A stretch of 64,000 bases of DNA, from contig NC_043001.1 of the NCBI RefSeq assembly GCF_006345805.1, positions 113,026,001-113,090,000 on the forward strand, read 5' to 3'. Each line of letters starts with the position of its first letter. Position 1 is the first letter of the stretch. The notes under the pieces were generated by a model. It searched no databases and was not told the origin of the DNA. It saw only the letters and a program-made list of their open reading frames with translations. Both the position numbers and the translations under genes were made by a program. Shown in pieces: positions 12,043-25,326 of this stretch. This stretch comes from Octopus sinensis. Lineage: Eukaryota.

Positions 12043-12495
12043 GGCGCAGGAGTGGCTGTGTGGTAAGTAGCTTGCTAACCAACCACATGGTTCCGGGTTC
12101 AGTCCCACTGCGTGGCATCTTGGGCAAGTGTCTTCTGCTATAGCCCCAGGCCGACCAATGCCTTGTGAGTGGATTTGGTAGACGGAAACTGAAAGAAGCC
12201 TGTCGTATATATGTATATATATACCCATGCTAGCATGGAAAGCGGACGTTAAACGACGATGATGATGATATATATGTGTGTGTGTTTGTGTGTCTGTGTT
12301 TGTCCCCCTAGCATTGCTTGACAACCGATGCTGGTGTTTTTACATCCCCGTCACTTAGCAGTTCGGCAAAAGAGACCGATAGAATAAGTACTGGGCTTAC
12401 AAAGAATAAGTCCCGGGGTCGATTTGCTCGACTAAAAGGTGGTGCTCCAGCATGGCCGCAGTCAAATGACTGAAACAAGTAAAAGAGTAAAGAGT
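12043..12495 (+). mobile_element. SINE family A with a 46-bp family-D 3' end nested in its (TA)n
   Basis: Full-length A; cccatgctagcatggaaagcggacgttaaacgacgatgatgatgat is inserted at 12224-12269. Confidence 0.9.
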
Positions 12496-12809
12496 AGATA
12501 TATATATATATATATATGCATGTATTGCTATATTTAACTGTGTGTGTTGTATTTATGTGTATACATCTATGTTTGTGGCTATATTTATACGACAGGGTGT
12601 AGGTAGCTTTATATGTGTCTGTACGTTTGTGTGTTAATGTATATGGATACGTGCTGGTATGTGTATGCGTTTGTCTATTTATATGTATGACGGTATATTT
12701 ACGTATGTACATGTTTGTATATTTATATGTGTGTGTTGGTAGCTGCATGTGTGCGCGTTATGTTTATGTATGTCTTAATGATTGTATATAGGTGTGAGTG
12801 TGTGAGTGA

Positions 12810-12915
12810 GATAGAAAGATAGATAGATTGATAGATAGATAGATAGATAGATAAATAGATAGGTAGGTAGGTAGGTAGGTAGGTAGGTAGGTAGGTAGGT
12901 AGGTAGGTAGGTAGG

Positions 12916-12947
<32 letters not shown>

Positions 12948-13171
12948 CAGATGAATAGATAGATACATAGATAGATAGATAGGTAGATAGATAGATAGAT
13001 AGATAAACAGATGAATAGATAGACTGATAGATAGATAGATAGATAGATAAATAGATAAGTTTCTTTATTGGCCACACAGGGCTGCACACAGATAGGACAT
13101 GTTACAAGGTAGAGCTTTTCTTTTGGGGGAGAAAAAAATAGATAAATAGATAGATAGATAGATAGATAGAT

Positions 13172-13230
<59 letters not shown>
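12810..13230. repeat. Compound (GATA)n/(GGTA)n and (GA)n microsatellites
   Basis: Read directly. Confidence 0.95.
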
Positions 13231-13237
<7 letters not shown>

Positions 13238-14558
13238 CTATGAGATAATGTCTGGTGCAGTGTTTATAAATACGTGTGGAATTGTATACATGTGTAAAGT
13301 ATTCATTTGGATGCATGTCTGCATTCAGTTCTTGCTGCAATAATGTTTGATGTAATGTTTGTATATGTGCACTTTCACACGTGCATGTGTGCATATGTCT
13401 ATCATTGTGCTTTTCTCTGTGTGTGAGTGTGTGTGTGTGTTTCTACTATTGTGCTTACGTGTGTGTGTGCCTATGTGTGTGTCTTCACTCGCTTCTCTCT
13501 CTCTGTTTGTGTGCTTGTACATGTTCACACCCTATCTATCTATGTATGTGTGTGTGTGTGCATTTTCACACTGATGTTTGTGTGGAAAAGTATATAAAAA
13601 TAGCTGAAAGCATTTTGAATGTTCACTCATCAGGAAATATGTTTGTTACTGTTCAATTATGCATGTATGCATATTAGTATGTTCCTATTGGAGTATGCGC
13701 GCGTGCATCGAGCGTCTGTATGCGTTTGCACTATCTTCCCTCATCCCCATCACCATTTTTTTTTTCCCATCACCATAACAAGCATCATGATTCCCACCAC
13801 CGCCACCAGCAGCATCATCATCATCATCATCATCATTATCATCATCTGTTTAATGTCTGCTTCTCAATACTGCCTGAAGCTATATATATATATATATTTG
13901 TGTTTCACCATGTCTGCCACTAGATGTTAGCATTGTATAAAAATAGTTTTAAACTTTGTACAATTCATTGGCAAAACCAAAGATCTTCTTGAGGTTTGCA
14001 TATTTTCTTGGTTTAATATGTATTTTGTGTACCTGTTAGTATATTTTTGTTTGTGTATGTGTACCCACATGCTCATGTATTGGCATATATGTATGTCTAT
14101 GTGCGTGTGTGTGTATGTGTGCGTATACAGGTGTTCAATATATGTACGACAATCAATCTTTTGACTTTTATATAGCTCTTGTCTTTGCTGCAATCTCATT
14201 AGCAACCACTCGGTTGTGGTGCTCTCAGCCACTTCCAGTGCCTGAGTTGTTGACCACAAGAGACTATGCACAAAGATAAATGACTTTGTAGTGTTCGGGG
14301 AGACCTGTCAAATACTGCTGTCTGAAGGAACTTATTTCTGCTATTGGGCTCTAGTGTATTTGTGTATAACGCATGAGAGATACAAATGGTGTGTGTGTGT
14401 AGGCATGGCTGTATGGTTTAATACAGTGATATTGCAACTGTGTTTCTTAAGTTTGATCCTACTTCATGATACCTTGGGCAAGTATCTTCTACTATACTAT
14501 AGTTTTCAGTCGACTAATTCCTTGAGTGAAATTATTAATTGAAGGAAACCAGGTGTGT

Positions 14559-14787
14559 GGCGAGCTGGCAGAAATGTTAGCACTTCGGTCGAAATGCTTA
14601 GTGGTATTTTGTCTGCTGTTATGTTCTGAGATCAAATTCCGCTGAGGTTGACTTTGCCTTTCATCCTTTTGGATTCGATAAATTAAGTACCAGTTACGCA
14701 CTGGGGTTGATGTAATTGACTTAATCCCTTTGTCTGTCCTTGTTTGTCCCCTCTATATTTAGCCCCTTGCGGGCAATAAAAAAATAG
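14559..14787 (+). mobile_element. SINE family B1 with ~15-17-bp TSD, nested in a SINE-A remnant
   Basis: GGAAACCAGGTGTGT at 14544-14558 and 14787-14801. Confidence 0.88.
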
Positions 14788-15063
14788 GAAACCAGGTGTG
14801 TGTGTGTGTGTTTGTGCATGTATGTATGTTGGAGAGTTTTTGCATTGAGCAGTTATAATGTTTGTGTATGTTATTCATACACAAAATGCTCCTCAGCTCA
14901 GCAGTTCAATGAAAACAAGAGCTGGTATCAGGAAGGGCATTTGGCCATAGAATATTGTCTCAAGAAGTCTTGCTCAAGATATGCCAGCATGTATAAAGCA
15001 AGCATAAACAATGATGATATATATATTATGTGCACACACGTGTCCCCCCCCCCACACACACTC

Positions 15064-15675
15064 ACAACAACTGACACACACTGATAGTAATCTAAGCAAA
15101 GCTGCATTTGTAACAGGGTGTATGTGTGTGCACTTTACAAACGCACACCTACATGTGTCCACCACTAAACGTGCTAGACATAGCAGCCAAACCTCCCCAA
15201 TGTAGACCTTAACAAAGGGCATATTAGAATCTTGCAATAAGTATACATATAAATTACAGAAATATAGGCTTCTGTAGTTTTTATGTTTTCTCCCTTCATA
15301 TGCACTCCTTGTTCTTCCTACATGTTCTTCCTACATGTGTCCTGGTTGAACTCACTATCAATGTACATCAGCTGTTGGTTTGTATGTGTGTATGTGTGTA
15401 TGCTGGTGTTTGGGTCCAAGCTAGCTTTGGTTGTGCAAATTTATGATTAAAGGTATTCCAGCCATGAACACCTCACCTTTTACTTCTTTTATGCATAGTG
15501 TACCTGTAATAACACTCTAATATGTATTTTGTTAAGGTGTATTTTGGGGGAGATTTGGTTGCTATTTCTAGCAGGTTTAGTGGCAACCACATAGAGATGT
15601 GTGTTTGTAAAGTACATACACCCTGTTATATGTGCAGCTTTGCTTAGATTACTATCTGTGTATGTCAGTTTGTGT
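15064..15675. repeat. Inverted pair of ~180-bp diverged repeats, ~250-nt spacer
   Basis: gatagtaatctaagcaaagctgca..acagggtgtatgt..ccttaacaaa..catattaga at ~15064-15247 is mirrored at ~15498-15675; also visible as similar peptides in ORFs 15011+ and 15489-. Confidence 0.8.
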
Positions 15676-15703
15676 GTGTGTATACATATATGTAATTTGA
15701 TAA

Positions 15704-16052
15704 GGAGGCGCAATAGCCCAGTGGTTAGGGCAGCGGACTCGCGGTCGTAGGATCGCGATTTTGATTCTCAGACCAGGCGTTGTGAGTGTTTATTGAGCGA
15801 AAACACCTAATGGTGATCCCTGCTGTACTCTTTCACCACAACTTTCTCTCACTCTTACTTCCTGTTTCTGTAGTACCTGTATTTCAAAGGGCCGGCCTTG
15901 TCACTCTCTGTGTCACGCTGAATATCCCCGAGAACTATGTTAAGGGTACACGTGTCTGTGGAGTGCCCACTTACACGTTAATTTCACGAGCAGGCTGTTC
16001 AGTTGATCGGATCAACCGGAACCCTCGTCGTCGTAACCGATGGAGTGCTTCC
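15704..16052 (+). mobile_element. SINE family C (tRNA-like head)
   Basis: ggaggcgcaatagcccagtggttagggcagcggactcg..ttgattc head; ends cgtaaccgatggagtgcttcc; lacks a ~30-bp segment present in the other two copies. Confidence 0.88.
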
Positions 16053-17224
16053 CAATATGATAATGTGTCTATCAGGAATATCTTTGATATTGTACCATTT
16101 GTCATTGTGTCACAGGCAATATCAAAATGTCTCTGATGGCATTTATAGTATGTGACATTGGCACTGTGTTAGTAAAATAACATACCTGAGGATATGAGGA
16201 TATACTATGTGACATTGTGGATGTGTCAGTAATATATCCCTAAGCGAGATGCAAAGAATTTATACCACAAGTTGGTAAATTGGAATATGCTACTTTAACA
16301 GTCATTTGGCGAGAAGTTATGGAGCATTTTAACAAACTCCTGGTTTTAATGTATTTGAAGGTTACCTTCTGCTAGCATCTTTGCTTTCATTTGTTAAAGA
16401 ACTGCAGGAAAATTCAGCCGACAGGATTACACCCTCTGAATCAGTAGCAAAAGGTCTATGTACATATATCACCTCAAATTTTTCTGTTGTTTCCAAATGC
16501 ATTGTTACAAAGAAATTTGAAGATGGTACAAGTGATGGGGCTTCTTTGAAAGGGGTTGAAAAATTTAGGGTAAAAGTTCTAAAGTCTATGACTGCTTAAT
16601 AATTCATTTAAGCAAGAGGATGGAGCCATATGAGCAGATTGCAAAAAGGTTGAAGATATCAGTGATTACCCATACTTTGTTTTCTGGTGGAAAGAGGACT
16701 CATTGTCAGATTCATCTTTAAAGACTCCACATAACCACTTCACCATTTGGGCTATCAGGCTCTCAAGGCTGGAGTTCCTTGCAAGGGCAAGAAAATTCTT
16801 TGACCCTTGTTGGATGTTATCCTACTGTTGCTGGTTGTATAGGGGCCCCCATAACATTTTAAACTTCAGAGCCCCAATATTGTAGATCCACCATTGTCGA
16901 TGGGATAGTCATGAGTGGCTTGCTTTTGATCTTTTGTCTTGCTTCATGAGAGAGCTGACCTGGAACTAAACAACAATAACAACAATGATAACAACTAACA
17001 CTGCACAATCTCTGTTCTTAACTAATTGACTGTATTTTTCTTCTGCCTCCAACTATCAGTATCAAAGGAGTCTCTATGTGGTTCCTTGACCAACTACAGA
17101 TAACAACCAAATCTCCCTTAAATAAAGAAAGGATGCATTAAGGTATTCCCTACATACTCATTAAAAGGACCAGCCGGTTGCAGCTGGATTACCTTTGATT
17201 ACAGGCCTGCTCAGTCAGTCAGTC

Positions 17225-17593
17225 AGTTAGTTAGTTAATTTTTTGGCTCAAAAAGCAAAAAGCAAGGCCATGTAGGGGGACATGGAGTTATGTACAGGGT
17301 GGTGTTCATGTAAAGAGTTCAGGCCACTTGAGGTCAAGGGAGACTTTGAACCGAGCAGTCGTCGGCATCTTCAGTATCTCGTCCGGCAGCTTATTCCACG
17401 GATCCGCAACCCGGACGGAGAAAGCCCCTCTCCTTCGATTGAGATGAAATCGTTGCAGATAGAGCTTTTCGGAGTGACCCCGCAGCCGACGCTCTGGAGC
17501 AGGAGTGAAGAACAGCTCTTTCGAGAGGTTACACTTTCCGCTTATAATGTTGTGAGCAAGAATGAGATCACCACGGCGTCGTCGTTTTTCTAA
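17225..17593 (-). mobile_element. CR1-clade LINE 3' fragment with 3' UTR and (TAAC)n tail
   Basis: Minus strand ORF LEKRRRRGDLILAHNIISGKCNLSKELFFTPAPERRLRGHSEKLYLQRFHLNRRRGAFSVRVADPWNKLPDEILKMPTTARFKVSLDLKW carries the CR1 RGDL..RGH..KL..WN.LP..FK..LD motifs; same family as copies at 49.2 and 61.1 kb. Confidence 0.88.
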
Positions 17594-18445
17594 TGGTCGA
17601 TTTATGTCTAAAACCAGCATTTGTCTGAAGTCAGCAACAATAACCTATGCAATGTTATACTTCTCACTTCATTCTGCCATGCCTTGTTACTGCAATGGTC
17701 TAACACCAAATTTACCAAACTAGCTCTTTCGCTGTTACAAGGAAGTATTAACATTGGTTGCTTATGTCCTTCTATAATATTGACAAATAAAAGAAAATGC
17801 AATTTGGTTGATATTGCTCTTGTTTCAAACCAGGTCAGCTGCAATTTATTAATTCAATAGACCCTTGACTGAAGGTGTTCTGTATGTCTATGATTAGATT
17901 GCCCTTTTTTTTTATTTAGTAGTGTTAGTGTTATGAAGCATCCAGCTGTAGAAACAATACCTCAACAGACAGCTGGAGTCTGGTCAGCTCCCAGCTAGCC
18001 AGCTCCCAGCTAGCTAGCTCCCAGCTAGCCAGCTCCATGTCAAACTGTCCAACCCATGCCAGCATGGAAAGTGGACATTAAGCAATGATGATGATGAAGA
18101 TGATGATGAGTGGTGTGTGCTTTGAGGGAATTTAGTTGCTATTTTCTAATAGCTCTAAGATAAAAGATATATATATATATAGATATATATATAGATATAG
18201 AGAGAGAGAAAGAGTTACAATTGGCTTCTGTCAGTTTCTGTCTACCAGCTTCACTCACAAGACTTTGATCAGCCTGAGGCTATTAGTAAAAGACACTTGT
18301 CCAAGGTGCCATGCAGTGGGACTGAACCCAGAACCATATGGTTGGGAAAAACACAGGAGAATTTGCTGTGAAAATAGCTTCAGAAATTCCGGTAAAAATA
18401 CTCTTTTAGGTGGAGAAAAGTGTCCGGCAGCCACTTCAGAGAAAT

Positions 18446-18492
<47 letters not shown>

Positions 18493-18649
18493 TCTTTCTT
18501 CCATTGCTCTTGTTTGATAGTTTTATTCTTTTAAACATTTTAGTCATTTGACTGTGGCCATTCTGGAGCACTGCCTTAGAAAGCACCACCTTTATAAAAA
18601 AACTGTTGTAATGAAATCTTGTCATACCAAGATGTTCAAACAATTACTA

Positions 18650-18935
18650 TCAAAATCATCATCATTTTCATCGTCTTCATTGCTGACGTCTTCGTCATCA
18701 TCTCTGTCATGGTCATTGTCATCATCCTCATTGTCATCATCTTTATTGTTATCATCTTTATTGTTATCTTCTTCATTGTTGCTGTCTTCATTTTTGATGT
18801 CTTCATCGTCACCATCTTCATCACAGGCATCTTTCATCATCATCATTGTCACCACCATCAGCATCTTGTTCAGCATCTTCATTGGCGTTGTCTTCATCAT
18901 TACCATCTTCGTCATTGTGTTTGTTGTCTTTCTTG

Positions 18936-18973
<38 letters not shown>

Positions 18974-19090
18974 TATGTTAAAGCAGTTTTACTCAGCAGC
19001 ATCATGAACAACAGTAGTAAGCGCTGCTGCCACCCCCATCCTCATCATCACCCCCATCCTCATCATCACCCCCATCCTCATCATCACCAC
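18650..19090. repeat. Degenerate (CAT/CTT) triplet low-complexity tract ending in 3 x 18-bp CACCCCCATCCTCATCAT
   Basis: 18-bp units at 19031, 19049 and 19067. Comparable triplet tracts at ~5250-5330, 5990-6120, 36295-36720, 51190-51325, (TAT)n 19527-19592 and (TAA)n 58935-58992. Confidence 0.9.
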
Positions 19091-19533
19091 CAGCACAAAA
19101 CCAAACCATCAGCACCGCAACTGCCACCATCCTCAGCATTTCGTAAAAGCCAAACTGATTGATCATGTTCCAATATAAAAGTCTACTTTATGTTTTACAT
19201 GGAGTGGATGGGTGGGATGGGGGCGGGGTTGGATGTGGTGGAACTCTAGAATCATTGAATGGTAAAAATGGTTTCCCACTCAACCAGGTGACAGACCAAC
19301 CAACCAACCAACCAACCAGCTTTTTGATTCAACTCACAAGTCTGGAACTGTTTTGCTCCAGAGTACTGCTGAACTGCTTCTGAGGATTAGAAAACCTTTT
19401 AACTTATATACGTATATCCATTGCTAGCAATCAAAACCAACGCTTCACTAAGAATATTCCACAATCTGAGTGTTTAGGGATTTTCTTGAAGTACACTGTT
19501 TATTTTATTTCTGTATATTTTTAATGATTTTAC

Positions 19534-19594
<61 letters not shown>

Positions 19595-20502
19595 CGTTGT
19601 CATTATCCACCTTATATATCTTTTTCCAAATGTAATTGTGTATGTGTGTGACTTTCTGTTAGTGTGTGTTAGTGTATGTTATCAGAGTTAGTATGCGTGT
19701 GTGTGTGTGTGTGTGTGTGTGTATAAATATCAATGCTAGTGTGCTTATTTCTGTATGTTAGTATTTAGCATTAGCATGTGTATCACTGGTGTGTGTGTGT
19801 GTGTTGTGTGTGTGTATCACTGTGTGTGTGTTTTGAACTGAAAGTTGTTGTATTAGACAAATGGATAATTTTGATGACTTTTCATATATTCTTCCCAAAT
19901 ATTATTCTGACACCAATGGTATCCTATACCTTCCTTAACGTGTACACTACCCACTATTTACCTTTGTCCGTCCCTCTACCCTTATCTTTTTTTTTTCTTT
20001 TTCATCTTCTCTCTCACTTTCTCTCTTTCTGCAAATGTATTCCCTGGTTAGTTTGTTCTTCAGCTCCATTTATTATAACTTCCAACATCTATCCTCACAT
20101 ATATTCCGAATTTTATAATATCTTTGTCTTCATTAAATATCTCTACTATATACATACTTTTGTGTGGACAGTTCATCTGTGGTCACTCAACATAGAAATA
20201 GCAGCCAAAAATCCCTTACAAGTCTTAAAACTTGTGAACTTACAATGGCTTATATAACTTTTTTCTAGGTAGTATTCAAGGAAAGAGTGTGATGGTCATA
20301 CCTGGAATGCCTCTGCCTCAGATCGTAGGTTTTGCTCTATCCATGCTGACATAGGACTTAAACAACACTAACTGTATAAATATATATATATATATATGTA
20401 CTAGTATGCATGTATATCTGTATACATATCTACAAATATGTTTATAAGGGAGTCTTAATCGTATGTTTTAGTTTTGTTATACATATATATATATATATAT
20501 AA

Positions 20503-20661
20503 GCGCAGGAGTGGCTGTGTGGTAAGTAGCTTGCTAACCAACCACATGGTTCCAGGTTCAGTCCCACTGTGTGGCATCTTGGGCAAGTGTCTTCTGCTAT
20601 AGCCCCGGGCCGACCAATGCCTTGTGAGTGGATTTGGTAGACGGAAACTGAAAGAAGCCTG

Positions 20662-20711
<50 letters not shown>

Positions 20712-20926
20712 TTGTGTGTCTGTGTTTGTCCCCCTAGCATTGCTTGACAACCGATGCTGGTGTGTTTATGTCCCCCGTTACTTAGCGGTTTGGCAAAAGA
20801 GACCGATAGAATAAGTACTGGGCTTACAAAAGAATAAGTCCCGGGGTCGAGTTGCTCGATTAAAGGTGGTGCTCCAGCATGGCCGCAGTCAAATGACTGA
20901 AACAAGTAAAAATAAAAGAGTAAAAG
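20503..20926 (+). mobile_element. SINE family A
   Basis: Full-length match; a partial diverged copy follows at ~21030-21165. Confidence 0.9.
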
Positions 20927-20959
20927 ATATATATATATATATCCATGTTATAGAAGTAT

Positions 20960-20994
<35 letters not shown>

Positions 20995-21501
20995 GGTATA
21001 GGTGTGTTTGTCTGATAAAAAGTTTATTTCCTGACCATATGGTTCCCGGTTCAATCACACTGAGTGGCACCTTGGGGCAATATGTCTTCTACTAAAGCCT
21101 TGAGCTGACTACCAAAGCTTTGCGAGTGAATTTGGTAGACGGAAACTGAATGAAGCCTGTCATATTATATATACATTACACAACATATGCCAAGAAACAT
21201 GCATATATATGTGTGTGGCTGTGTTTTTGTTAATGCGTTTGAATGTGCATGTGTGTAATTTATGCATCATGAACTTGGCAATATTTGCAAAACTCTGAGT
21301 AGTAACTGAGTAATTAATCTTTCTACTATGATAAGTATTTACTTTCTGTGCCGTATCCAGTACTTTTCCTCTTTCCTTTAAAACCTAATTGTAACTATAT
21401 TTGTATATATATATGTATATACACACACACACACATATATCATCATCATCATCATCATCATCATCATTTAGCGTCCGCTTTCCATGCTAGCATGGGTTGT
21501 A

Positions 21502-21564
<63 letters not shown>

Positions 21565-21649
21565 TATACATATATATACATACATACATACACATACACT
21601 ATATATATATATATATACATACACACACATACACTATATATATATATAT

Positions 21650-21703
<54 letters not shown>

Positions 21704-21768
21704 GTAGGCCTATGTACAATTAAGTTTAAAGACATCCTATCTTTGTATATACACATATATTTTATGTT

Positions 21769-21800
<32 letters not shown>

Positions 21801-22735
21801 CACACGTGTGTGTGTGTGTGTGCATGTTTGTGATACAAGGAAGCTTGTGTGTGTGTGTGCATGTGCACTTATACACACTCGTTACACATCCAGTCTCTTT
21901 TTATCTTTGCTCTTGCTGTTATCTTTATGAATCACTCTTTCTGATAAAGAATACCAATGTGTATTAGTGTGAATGAATGTGTGTAGACACATGTGCCAGA
22001 GTGTTTAGTAATGGCATGGAGTGGCAGCAGCAGGAGTGGTGGTGGTGGTGGGGGGGGTGTTAATGGCACATGGCAGTGAATTTAATACTTTAGATCTGCA
22101 CTGTGTTGTGAGTTCCCAAGGGATGCATCTTCTCCTATCTCTCCAAAAATATTGCCCCTGTGAGGGATCATTGAAATTGTGTAATGCTGAACCTAGTTAG
22201 TGCTTGTAGGTCAGCTGTAGGTAAGTTTTCTGTAGAAGGTAAATCAAAACTGCTTCTACACTGTATAACATCCTTTATCCTAGAGTAGAGTGTATATAAA
22301 CACATGGTTCTTGTTTAGAGATGTATCTAATTTATTTTTAAACAGTACACAGGCATCCCTCACATTATAGCTACCTTAGGTTATGGGATTTTTATGCTTA
22401 TGGAAATTGTTATATATGCTACCCGTTTTGGGTTTTTATCTGTAATTTCACCTGTATGGAAAACTCAGGTAAACTTTATGAATTTGAAAATAAAAAAAAA
22501 AAACTGCTCTTTCTCCTTAGCTTAAAGGCCACTTCTTGGCATTTTAACTGAGCTCAAAGTAGTTAAGAATTTAAAAAACAATAATCATAATGTGTAAATG
22601 TATGTGTATGTGTGTGTGTGCCAGTGTTTATGTATGTGTCACTATAAGCACTTAAAGTGTGAGGTGGAATTCGTGTGTGTGTGTGTGTGTGTTTGCACAT
22701 ATTTTCTTGGTTCACAATGAGTATTTATTTGTCTG

Positions 22736-22964
22736 TGGCGAACTGGCAGAAACGTTAGCACGCCGGGCGAAATGCGTAGCTGTATTTCGCCGGCCGTTAC
22801 GTTCTGGGTTCAAATTCCGCCGAGGTCGACTTTGCCTTTCATCCTTTCGGGGTCGATAAATTAAGTACCAGTTACGCACTGGAGTCGATGTAATCGACTT
22901 AATCAGTCTGTCTGTCCTTGTTTGTCCACTCTCTGTTTAGCCCCTTGTGGGTAGTAAAGAAATA
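22736..22964 (+). mobile_element. SINE family B1
   Basis: Full-length; possible TSD TATTTGTCTGT at 22726-22736 and 22973-22983. Confidence 0.88.
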
Positions 22965-23090
22965 TGTTTATCTATTTGTCTGTCTAAATCAACTGTCACA
23001 CTCATCGCTGTCATTAATGCCAACACAACAACCATCAGTACCGAAACCAATGTAGCCTCTGCCATCACCAGCCCGTGACTCCTTAATGAC

Positions 23091-23121
<31 letters not shown>

Positions 23122-23846
23122 ATGAATAGGATATGCAATTTCATCTAAAAATAAAAGGAAACCAGATAATGTAATACCCTAGTATTTAAAAGTTAAATGA
23201 AATAAATGGTCTTTGTGCTTCGGTCAATGAAGGTCGCTTCGGGACTAAACAGGAACCACAATACATTTAACAAGAATAATATGACCAACACCACCACCAA
23301 CACCACCAACAACAACAACATCAATACTACCCAACAACCGAACCCAATGGAACCGACAAGATCTCCATTAGCAACTCACCAACTTTTGAGTAACCGACTG
23401 GCAACAACAATAACATCAGCATAACTATATCTGTTGCATATATGTCGAATGTCAACATAACTGTGCTAGAGAGAGAGGGGGAGTGAGGGAGAAAGAGAGA
23501 GAGAGAGAGAGAGAGTAATGTGTGGAGTTTTTATGGCTTAAGTCAGAGATGCAAGGGCACCCCCACCTAACTGAATGTCCATGAACCTCATAACCTTTCA
23601 ACTAACTGTAATCATAGCACACTTCCTACCACCTCTTCCTACCACCTCGTACCTTTACTCTTTCATCTCATTTCCATTCCTAGATTTGTAGGAACAAGAT
23701 AACAATTTTTTCTTGTTTTTGTTTTTGCTTTCTCGAAACTGTTCTTTCCTGGTGCTATTTTATTTTTTTTCTACTTTTACTACATATTTGTTGTGGATAA
23801 TTGTTGACTGCTTGCTGCCGCTGTTGGATTTTACCTACAATTCAAG

Positions 23847-23955
23847 ATGTCTGGAAAAAAGCCATCAAGTGAATCTGTAGGTCGTAGTGTGAAAGGGAAC
23901 CATAAAAATATTATTACACTGGATATTAAACTTGGATGTTTTAAACAGCTTCCTG
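23847..23955 (+). mobile_element. Possible fossil N-terminus of a Tigger/pogo transposase (HTH)
   Basis: MSGKKPSSESVGRSVKGNHKNIITLDIK, then (shifted) LDVLNSF; resembles the pogo/Tigger K.RK.ITLE.KL.VL motif. Short and degraded. Confidence 0.3.
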
Positions 23956-24484
23956 TGGGGGTAAAAAATCAGCCACTTTGCCACAAAATATTGATTTTAA
24001 CTTTTGGCACAAGGCCAGCAATTTTGTGGAGAGTGGAACAAGTCGATTACATTGACCCCGGTGTTCAACTGGTACTTATTTTATTGACCTTGAAAAGATG
24101 AAAGGCAGAGTTCACCCAATGGTTTACCCCCAGATAAAGAATATTCACCCATCAATGTGGTGTTGAGCTCTCATTCTTGCTGTTCGAAATTAGCGTATAT
24201 ATATATATAGATGTGTGTGTATGTGTAATCTTAATTTTAATGTCCATCTTTCTCTGCTCACATGGGTCAGATGGAAGTTTTTTGAGCCAGATTTTCTACT
24301 ACTGGATGCCTTTCCTGTTGCTAGTCTTTGCTTGTTTCCAAATAAGGATAACAAAATAAAAACAGGGAAGGTGTCTATTAAAACAAGAAAGGAAAAAGAA
24401 AGAAAGAAACAGTACTTATGACAAGTATTCTTCACAGTAATGTGGTTCCTGAGGATGACGTTTACTCTAGAAACTGGATTTTCC

Positions 24485-24890
24485 ATTTGGCTAGTATGTA
24501 TTTGTCCATGTTAGGGCATCTTGTAAAGATTACACTTTTTGAGTTGAGACAAGTATTAGGATCTTTAAAGTTTTGCAGAAATTGTTTTCTCTCAGACAGT
24601 GTCTGCACCTCTTGATTTTGTTTATATGGGTGATTCATTTTTGGAGTTCATTCTCCATTTGATGTCATACTTGATCTTTCTGTCTTTCAAAGATCATATA
24701 TGACCTGTAAATGTCATAGTTGTCCACTTGGCTTTGATAGATAACAGATGGTTTGAAAAGTCTTTGCTTAAACAAGCCCTCTAATATACTAATGTAATGT
24801 TTTTGCCCCATTGTTTTGATTTCATGTGGTTGTGGCAAATCTGCTTCATTTATGACCAACTTGAGGCTGCATTCACCTTCCTTTTTACAT
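24485..24890 (-). mobile_element. Decayed Penelope-like element, GIY-YIG endonuclease C-terminal region
   Basis: Joining frames on the minus strand gives GECSLKLVINEA..HYISILEGLFKQR / SNHLLS..GHI*SLKDRKIKYDIKW / KRCRHCLRE / FKDPNTCLNSKSVIFTRCPNMDKYIL. This follows the PLE pattern YIG..E..FK.R..NH..SF..IW.LK....Y.I.W..RC.LCL.EK..LN..SE...C.H. Confidence 0.65.
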
Positions 24891-24944
24891 GAAGATCCTT
24901 AGTCTATCATTGACTTTATTTTGAATGTTATAATCCATTATCTT

Positions 24945-25326
24945 GTATCTTTTCTTTTATCTTTGGCTTGTTTTAGTCATTAGACTGTGGCCTTGAAGAA
25001 TTTTAGTTGAAAGAATCAACCCCAGTACTTTTTTTTAAATCTTGTACTTATTATATTGGACCCTTTTGCCAAACTGCTAAGTTATAGGAATATAAACACA
25101 CCAACGCTGGTTGTCAAGGGGGTGGGAGACTGACACAAACACTAGGACACACATAAATATATATTCGATGGGCTTCTTTCAGTTTTCTTCTACCAAATAC
25201 ATTCACAAGGCTTTGATCAGCCCAAGGACTAAAGTAAAAGACACTTGCCCAACGTGCCATGTAGTGAGACTGAACCGAAGGCCATGCAGTTGGGAAGCAA
25301 ACATGCTACTACACAGCCACACCTGC
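24945..25326 (-). mobile_element. SINE family A, diverged
   Basis: Reverse-complement match from the tail (ttttatctttggcttgttttagtcatt) to the head (cacagccacacctgc). Confidence 0.75.

Noticed and set aside
15704-15780. tRNA-like sequences at the heads of SINE C (also A and B)
   Set aside because: A and B boxes are present, but there is no complete cloverleaf with a paired acceptor stem, and each continues into a repeated SINE body; not tRNA genes.
16330-16890. Non-repetitive stretch with short ORFs (16381-16599, 16703-16885)
   Set aside because: No recognisable domain in any frame and no convincing splice-site pair; possibly a very old TE remnant.
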